Assembly: GCA_964578935.1 (NCBI GenBank)
Contig: CAZOEW010000001.1
Location: 1 to 53,611, forward strand
From: an uncultured Desulfobacterales bacterium
GTDB lineage: Bacteria; Desulfobacterota; Desulfobacteria; Desulfobacterales; SURF-7
Reading direction: 5' to 3'
Length of the DNA stretch: 53,611 nucleotides
Below are positions 9,644 through 15,885 of this stretch, piece by piece (position 1 is the stretch's first letter; each line of letters starts with the position of its first letter). The notes beneath the pieces were generated by a model. It saw nothing but the letters and a program-made list of their open reading frames with translations. It did not search any database and was not told the origin of the DNA. A program made the position numbers and the translations under genes.

Positions 9644-11296
9644 CTAAGAATTGAGAATCTTCTTGGCACTGTCGTCATTAACATCAGAGACATGAGGAAT
9701 ACCTGTCTCTTTAGCAGTCTCCCGGTTTCCAGAGAAGATGTCCGATCTTTCGATCCGGTTCAGAGAGAATTTTCTTGCTCCTGCCATGAGCTGCTGCAGG
9801 CCGCAAGCCAGTTTATCGGCCAAGGTCCAGAATGCGATTGCGCCGTAAGGAATATGTTTCATTTCATCTTTTCCTACCTTTTTTTCCACATCAAAATAGG
9901 AGGCAAAAATTTCCTTGGCGCTGTTTCCTACCTGTTGTACTGTTTTCGGCAGCTCATTCCAGTTGCCGCTTACGTCTGCCCGCCTTTCAGGATGAAGCGC
10001 CCCTTCAATGTTCGAGCCGACAAAACCCGGAATCATGATCGCTCTTCCCATGCAGACCAGTTTTGTAAACGGCGCACCAAGTGCAAGCGCCTTGAATATA
10101 TGGTCCTCAAGGGCAAAACCCCCGGCAAAGGACATATCAACGACATGCTGTCCTTTCGCTGACAGGATGCCGGCATACTCGTGTGCCTTTGAATGCAGAA
10201 GTATTGAAGGTACACCCCAGCTCTGCATCATGTTCCACGGGCTCATTCCGGTACCGCCGCCGGCGCCGTCAATTGTCAAGAGGTCAAGATTCGCGTCTGA
10301 AGCAAACTTTATCGCCATTGCCAGTTCTTCCATTCCATAAGAACCGGTTTTCAGGGTGATTCTTTTAAATCCGATGCTTCTGAGGTAATCCACACTGCTC
10401 ATGAAATCTTCACGCACCTGATCGACCGTACTCAGATTGGTTCCTCCAAGACGGCTGTGCCGGGCAAAGGATTTAATTGAACCGTTTTCAAAAGCTTTCT
10501 GGACTTCAGGAACGGTTGGATCCGGGTCGACTACATAGCCTCGCTCTTTCAGAAATATAGCGTAATCAAGACTTTCCACCTGTATCTCGCCGCCGATATC
10601 CTTGGCACCCTGACCCCACTTCAATTCGATAATGCATTTTTCGCCATATTTATCCACTACGAATTCCGCAACGCCATTGCGGGTATCTTCAACATTGAGC
10701 TGGACGATTATGGCGCCATAACCGTCAAAGTATCGAAGATATCCATCGATGCGCCTTTCCAGCTCCGGAGCGCTCTTGATTTTTCCTTTTTTCGCGGCAC
10801 CGGTTCCGATTTTCGATTGGCGGTCAACCCCCACAACATTTTCACCGATTACGACGGGAATGCCGCAAAGCGCTCCGCCGATTGCAAATGAATCCCAGTA
10901 TTTCTGGGCGATAAATGTCGAGCCGAGTGCTCCAGTCATCAGGGGCATGCGGATTTTTGTTTTTACTTTCGCGCCGAATTCCGATTCAAGGCTGACCTTT
11001 GGAAAGATGCAGTCATCCGGATCATTGCTCATGCCATTGCTCAGGCCATGTGCGCCATAGGCATACCCCTGGATTCGAAGCGAGTTGTAGGAAACGCCGA
11101 CATGGGTCGTATTGTTGGCGCCGGCTGTTACCAGACCGAAACTTCTTGGATAAAGCAGCTTTCGTCCGACAAGGCTGGAAAGCCATGTCTCGCATTTTCC
11201 CTGACAGTCTGCGCGGCAGAGCGTACACAGACTGGATTCTGCGGCATTACCCCGATTCGCGGTTCCAAGTGTATCATTGTTTTTTGAAAATCTCAT
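9644..11296 (-). CDS. FMN-binding glutamate synthase family protein (GltB2-like domain)
   Basis: ORF 9644-11317. ATG 11296 (MRFSKNN) has AAAGGAGAG upstream. Motifs: ELKWGQGAKDIGGE and IDGAGGGTGMSP (compare KxxQGAKPGxGG / GGTGASP of the GltS FMN domain). N-terminal Cys cluster CTLCRADCQGKC. Confidence 0.85.
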   Translation of the reverse strand: MRFSKNNDTLGTANRGNAAESSLCTLCRADCQGKCETWLSSLVGRKLLYPRSFGLVTAGANNTTHVGVSYNSLRIQGYAYGAHGLSNGMSNDPDDCIFPKVSLESEFGAKVKTKIRMPLMTGALGSTFIAQKYWDSFAIGGALCGIPVVIGENVVGVDRQSKIGTGAAKKGKIKSAPELERRIDGYLRYFDGYGAIIVQLNVEDTRNGVAEFVVDKYGEKCIIELKWGQGAKDIGGEIQVESLDYAIFLKERGYVVDPDPTVPEVQKAFENGSIKSFARHSRLGGTNLSTVDQVREDFMSSVDYLRSIGFKRITLKTGSYGMEELAMAIKFASDANLDLLTIDGAGGGTGMSPWNMMQSWGVPSILLHSKAHEYAGILSAKGQHVVDMSFAGGFALEDHIFKALALGAPFTKLVCMGRAIMIPGFVGSNIEGALHPERRADVSGNWNELPKTVQQVGNSAKEIFASYFDVEKKVGKDEMKHIPYGAIAFWTLADKLACGLQQLMAGARKFSLNRIERSDIFSGNRETAKETGIPHVSDVNDDSAKKILNS

Positions 11297-11371
11297 CTTT
11301 ACTCTCCTTTTGTTCAATACGGTTAAGACCGGCTGTTTTTTTCAACCGAATCTCTAAAATTTCAAAGGCTA

Positions 11372-11415
11372 TAAACGCAAAAAGACGTCTGTTCCTTTGA
11401 GAATCAGACGTCTTT
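11372..11415 (-). terminator. leader (attenuator) intrinsic terminator upstream of the glutamate synthase gene
   Basis: Minus strand: AAAGACGUCUG, a 13-nt loop, CAGACGUCUUU, then UUGCGUUUAU. It lies about 75 nt before the start codon at 11296. Confidence 0.7.
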
Positions 11416-11457
11416 GTCTATTTTTCTATTTAAAAGTTACCGCACGTCATTGTGCGG
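11405..11457 (-). promoter_or_regulatory. ANTAR-type dual hexaloop RNA element (P1 + P2), with P2 overlapping the terminator 5' arm
   Basis: Minus strand P1 is CCGCAC-AAUGAC-GUGCGG (11457-11440). P2 is UAGAC-AAAGAC-GUCUG (11420-11405). Both loops are 6 nt with A at position 1 and G at position 4. Confidence 0.65.
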
Positions 11458-11494
11458 ATAAAAAATTTTAACTTATAATTACATAAGCTCCTTA

Positions 11495-11523
11495 AAATTA
11501 CCTGTACTGATGTTAAAAGTCAA
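11495..11523 (-). promoter_or_regulatory. sigma70-like promoter candidate for the ANTAR-controlled leader
   Basis: Minus strand TTGACT (11523-11518), 17-nt spacer, TAATTT (11500-11495). Confidence 0.35.
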
Positions 11524-11670
11524 GCAGGAAATCGGATAAAAAATGATCGGATATGAATTTAGGCAGCTGGCGGATGCGGAAGATTCGGGATCAAACGGGT
11601 AACTACTGTTTTGTATCCGGGCGGAAATTGTCGCTTCCATGGAAGTCCCACGCGCTATGGGCGGAACAAT

Positions 11671-12390
11671 CTATTCCTGGTATAACTCATCTGAAAGTAT
11701 GATGGCTTCAGCGATATAACGAAGTGATTTCCGGGAATCCATGCTGCGTTTTTGTATCCATCGATAGGCTTCATCGACTTTCATGCCGCGGCTTTTCACG
11801 AGAATCTCTTTGGCCCGTTCAACCGTTTTTCTGGTTTCCAGCTCCTCACGGATAACTTTGGTCTTTACCATCAGTTCGGTATTTAAAATAGCGACGGCAG
11901 CCTGGTTTGCGACAGCTCGCAGAAGATTTACCTCGGTTTCGGAAAAATCATACGGTTTGGATGTAAAACAGTTCAACGCGCCGATCACCTTTTCATCTTT
12001 TAAGGTGAGCGGCACACCCATCATGGAGACAAGGCCCAGCTTTCGGGCCATCTCTTTTTCTTTAAACCTTTTGTTTTTCAAGACATTTTTAATGATAAGC
12101 GGTTGTTTCCGTGTAACCACATAGCCCACAACGCCTTCGTCGGGGTTCAATGAGCGGTCTTTAACATATTCCGGAGCGATTGCCTGGGTTGCCTTTAATC
12201 GAATTTTTGGAGGATCCTGCGTTTCATCGATCAGCCATAAAGAGCATATGGTTACATTCATGGCATTTGCTGTAACCATAACGATAAGCTTTAGCAGGTC
12301 TTCAAGATACAGCTCTGATGTTATGGCATGACTGATATCCGTAAGTGCCTTGATATATTCTCCATAAGTTTTTGTGTCCAGCTTTTCCAT
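11671..12390 (-). CDS. GAF domain + ANTAR domain RNA-binding antiterminator
   Basis: 239-aa ORF. The N-terminal ~150 aa are GAF-like (ICSLWLIDE..VVGYVV..PLIIKNV..MGVPL). The C-terminus ELETRKTVERAKEILVKSRGMKVDEAYRWIQKRSMDSRKSLRYIAEAII is an ANTAR signature. Confidence 0.85.
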   Translation of the reverse strand: MEKLDTKTYGEYIKALTDISHAITSELYLEDLLKLIVMVTANAMNVTICSLWLIDETQDPPKIRLKATQAIAPEYVKDRSLNPDEGVVGYVVTRKQPLIIKNVLKNKRFKEKEMARKLGLVSMMGVPLTLKDEKVIGALNCFTSKPYDFSETEVNLLRAVANQAAVAILNTELMVKTKVIREELETRKTVERAKEILVKSRGMKVDEAYRWIQKRSMDSRKSLRYIAEAIILSDELYQE

Positions 12391-12605
12391 CTGTCCTGCC
12401 GTATGGGCTGTGATAAGAATTGGTTGTAACCGTTTAAAAGCATCCAGGGTGTTCCGGGATAAAGCCTTCTGAAATCAATCTATAGAAATAATAAAAACTT
12501 TTCAACACCTCATCAAGCAGAAACACAAAATTGCGATTAGAAATCAGAAAATATGAGCTCGTTACACCAGGTATTCCGTCTCAGGGAAAGGGACGGTCTT
12601 TGCCC

Positions 12606-12635
12606 TTGACATTAAGAAATACTTACAAATATAAT
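12606..12635 (+). promoter_or_regulatory. consensus sigma70-type promoter for the amidotransferase gene
   Basis: TTGACA (12606-12611), 18-nt spacer, TATAAT (12630-12635). Both hexamers match the consensus. Confidence 0.5.
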
Positions 12636-12636
12636 T

Positions 12637-12660
12637 GATAATTATTTATAATTAATTATC
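12637..12660 (+). promoter_or_regulatory. perfect 8-bp inverted repeat (candidate operator) abutting the -10 element
   Basis: GATAATTA, 8 nt, TAATTATC (12637-12644 and 12653-12660). Confidence 0.4.
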
Positions 12661-12701
12661 CGGGAAGAGAAAGTTTGCCAAACGGTAAGGAGAAATAGAA
12701 T

Positions 12702-13829
12702 ATGTGCCGTCTGTTCGCAATAACATCGGATACGTTTATCTCTCCTGCCATGGGTTTCAAGGGATTGAATGCCATGCGGGAAGGATATGACGGCTCCGGC
12801 GTCGGCCTTCTATTGCGGGATCTTGGCGGCTCATTTGAAGCGATTAAAGAATTTCCGATCTTGTCCGGAATTTTCAGTGATTCAGGCTTGCGGACTCTTG
12901 ATCAATTCATGTTGGATATGGGGTTTACAACAAAATACAAAATTTCTTTCAAATTGCCGAAAGATCCGCCAAGAGGCGTTCCAAGAAGAGATATCTACCT
13001 GATCAGGGCATATGATTATCCCCTTGACTGGGAAAGGATGGAACAGAAAGAGCTGCATGATAATCTGATGAGGGTCCGGCTCCACCTCAAGAAAAAGGGC
13101 GAAGTAAACAGAGATATGATTATTTTTTCCTTTTGGCCGGATACCATTATGATTAAAGAGATCGGGGACCCCATTCAGGTGGCTGAATATTTACAGCTGG
13201 ATCGGAAGGAGCTCACGGCCCGGGTTATAATGGTCCAGGGGCGGCAAAATACCAATCATGATGTAGATCTCTATTCCTGCCATCCGTTTTTTCTACAGGG
13301 TTTTTCAACCATGGCAAACGGCGAGAACACCGCATTTGTAACGAATCGTGAATTTTTGATTTCAAGGGGGTTTCCGGGGTATAACGGTTATAGGTCTGAC
13401 TCGGAAATTTTTACACACACCCTGCATTATGCATGTTCAACACTGAAGCTTGGAATCGAAGCCTTCAAACATATCATAACACCTTTAAACCAGGAGTTGC
13501 TTGGTGATCATCCGGATGCCTCTTTTCTGAGGCATTTGAAATATTCCTGCAGGCAACTCATCATTGACGGACCCAATTGCGTTATCGGTTGTCTTCCGGA
13601 CCATTCCCTTTTTATGGTACAGGATCGAAAAAAACTCCGGCCGGGAGTTGTCGGCGGGGATCAGGGAATGTTTGTTTTCTCCTCTGAGGTTTGCGGTCTG
13701 GATGCCGTGATACCGGATCGCGACAAAACCAGAGATTTTCAGCCGATGCATCTGGATACGGTGGTTGTTGACCCGGAGCGGCAGGGTATCAAAATCTGCC
13801 GTCAGACAGATTCATTTCTGAAGAATTGA
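12702..13829 (+). CDS. class II (Ntn) glutamine amidotransferase, GltB1-like
   Basis: 375-aa ORF starting MCRLFAITS (Cys right after the initiator Met is the Ntn nucleophile) with AAGGAG upstream. It is paired with the FMN-domain gene nearby. Confidence 0.85.
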   Translation: MCRLFAITSDTFISPAMGFKGLNAMREGYDGSGVGLLLRDLGGSFEAIKEFPILSGIFSDSGLRTLDQFMLDMGFTTKYKISFKLPKDPPRGVPRRDIYLIRAYDYPLDWERMEQKELHDNLMRVRLHLKKKGEVNRDMIIFSFWPDTIMIKEIGDPIQVAEYLQLDRKELTARVIMVQGRQNTNHDVDLYSCHPFFLQGFSTMANGENTAFVTNREFLISRGFPGYNGYRSDSEIFTHTLHYACSTLKLGIEAFKHIITPLNQELLGDHPDASFLRHLKYSCRQLIIDGPNCVIGCLPDHSLFMVQDRKKLRPGVVGGDQGMFVFSSEVCGLDAVIPDRDKTRDFQPMHLDTVVVDPERQGIKICRQTDSFLKN

Positions 13830-13855
13830 GTTTTCGAATCCATCGCCAAACCCCT

Positions 13856-14815
13856 TCAGGCCTCATGAGCTTTTCCGATTAAATCAACAATGCCCACCTT
13901 TTTCTTTTTAAGGTAAGTGGTTATTCCGCTATGGATCTCAACAAAAACATCGGGGTTTACAAACCAGGATGTTCCAATGCCCACCGCAGTTGCACCTGCA
14001 AGAACATATTCGATCACATCCCGCCAGTTTGAAATCCCTCCAATCCCGATGATCGGTATTTGCTTGCGGCGGCATTCCGGTATTTTTTTAAAACAGTCAT
14101 ATACCATAAAAAGGCCGATCGGTTTTATCGCCGGACCGGAAAGCCCTCCCACCACATTTCCCAGAAGCGGCTTGCCGGTATCGGTATTGATCGCCATCCC
14201 CCGTATGGTGTTAATCATGGAAAGCGCATCGGTACCTCCGGAAATAGCCGCTTTTGCGGGCACTGTAATATCGGTTATGTTCGGTGTCAGTTTGGTGATG
14301 ATAAGAAGACGTTGATCAACCCGTTTTTTTACGGTTTTAACGATGCGCTCCACCAGTTTGGGATCGGTTCCAAAAGCAGTGCCTCCTTTTTTGATATTCG
14401 GACAGGAGACATTGATCTCAATACCGGAAATAAGTTGACTCAGATCGGTATCACTCAGGCAGGAAGCAAGCTCACCGAATTCCTCAACAGAGTCTGCAGA
14501 AATGTTCACAAAAATCGGCAGATCAAAGTTGAGAAGACCGGGAAGTTCTTTTTTTGTAAAAAATGCGGCACCTTCATTTTGAAGGCCGATGGAATTGAGT
14601 ATGCCGGTCTGTGTTTCAACAATTCTAAATTCTTTGTTTCCTTCTTTGGGCTTCAGGGTAACGCCTTTGGTTACAAAGGCACCCAGTGCTGATACGATTT
14701 TGGGACTCTTTTTCAACACTTCGATTTCATTGCCATGCCCTGATGTTCCGGAAGCTGTCATTAACGGGCTTCTCAGTTGTTTGTCTTTAAGTTTCACATG
14801 GAGGATGTTATTCAT
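13856..14815 (-). CDS. pyrD: dihydroorotate dehydrogenase, class 1B catalytic subunit
   Basis: 319-aa ORF with SPLMTASGTSG, LNSIGLQNEG, EINVSCPNIKKGG, GGLSGPAIKP and IIGIGGI. The start ATG overlaps the stop of the upstream ORF (ATGA). Confidence 0.9.
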   Translation of the reverse strand: MNNILHVKLKDKQLRSPLMTASGTSGHGNEIEVLKKSPKIVSALGAFVTKGVTLKPKEGNKEFRIVETQTGILNSIGLQNEGAAFFTKKELPGLLNFDLPIFVNISADSVEEFGELASCLSDTDLSQLISGIEINVSCPNIKKGGTAFGTDPKLVERIVKTVKKRVDQRLLIITKLTPNITDITVPAKAAISGGTDALSMINTIRGMAINTDTGKPLLGNVVGGLSGPAIKPIGLFMVYDCFKKIPECRRKQIPIIGIGGISNWRDVIEYVLAGATAVGIGTSWFVNPDVFVEIHSGITTYLKKKKVGIVDLIGKAHEA

Positions 14816-15885
14816 AGTTGTTCCCAGTCAATTTCTTTTGAGTCAAAAAGAGGTCCATCAACACATACCCGGGAGTATCGGCTGCCTTTACTGCCTTTCC
14901 TGGTTCGGCAGACACAGGACATGCAGACACCGATTCCGCATCCCATTCTTTTTTCCAAAAGGACTTTCATCGGAATATTGAACTTTGTAGCGATATTTTT
15001 TAATGCGATCAGCATCGGTTTTGGACCACAGGCAAGAATCAAAATGGATTCCGTTTGTTTTAAACGGTTCAAAAACAGGCTGTAATGATCCACAACCAGA
15101 CCGACATGATAGTTTTTATGGTTTATCTTATCGCTCAGAATTTCGTTCTCCGTTGACTCCCTGGACAAGAAGATTTCATCCGGATTCAATCCGATTTTCG
15201 ATAATTCATTGATGTAAACATATGCTTTTTCGGATTCATCTGAAAACGTTTTTCCATAAGGAGCTTCCCGTAATGATTCAATCCGGTCGATACCGATAAA
15301 CGCTTTGAGTTTAAAAGAGTAAAATTTGAGGGCCTGCCCGAAAAAAACCAGGGGCGCCATGCCGACGCCGCCGCCGATAAGGTGCACTTCATCCACATTG
15401 TCAGACCGCCATTTGGGTATATTGATGAATTTTCCAAGAGGTCCCAGTATTTTTATCTGATTTCCGGGATTCAGGTTCTTCAGTTCATTTGTACCGATTC
15501 CGTCTTCTATGATTTTATAAAAGATTTCAAATTGGTGCGGATAAACCGTGTTGGTTATCGCTGCCAATTGAGCCGGGAGATGCAGTTTGTTATGATAACC
15601 CCATTCAAAATGTTTATAGTATGCCCGCTGAATTCCAAAAGGTCTTTTTAGAAAAGATCGGGCAGAGAGGTCCATCGCATGTTTCCGGTATTCAGATATC
15701 CGTTTTTCAGGAGAGCGGTTTCGTTTTTTTCGGTGACCTTCGGGCAGGGTGTCTATCATCACAAACTGTCCCGGACCGATCGTATGCATGTCCGGAGCAG
15801 TGAACTGCAGTTTGAAGTGCATGGGTTTGCCGTCCAATCCAACCGGCGTGTTTTGGATCACTTCCGCCTTGAAATGTTTTATCCG
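14812..15885 (-). other. PyrK-like domain of the fusion ORF (residues ~680-1036)
   Basis: Ferredoxin-reductase-like FAD/NAD motifs and a C-terminal Cys4 [2Fe-2S] motif. Internal ATGs at 15927 (M666) and 15918 (M669, with GGAG 3 nt upstream) could yield a stand-alone PyrK. Confidence 0.75.

Noticed and set aside
9563-10162. 199-aa plus-strand ORF
   Set aside because: It lies entirely antisense to the motif-rich glutamate-synthase FMN gene and has low-complexity, Cys/Arg/Phe-rich composition. It is a typical shadow ORF.
11634-11645. Perfect 12-nt palindrome CTTCCATGGAAG and flanking TTCCGCCC direct repeats just downstream of the GAF-ANTAR gene
   Set aside because: This could be part of a terminator or a protein-binding site. 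There is no U-tract and no second copy in the window, so it is too little to call.
12391-12701. Search for a second ANTAR dual-hairpin element upstream of the amidotransferase gene
   Set aside because: No pair of hexaloop hairpins or terminator is present. The only hairpin (CCGTC..GACGG, ~12588-12598 region) lies upstream of the predicted promoter.
14060-14692. 210-aa plus-strand ORF
   Set aside because: It is antisense to pyrD, whose motifs are unambiguous, so this is a shadow ORF.
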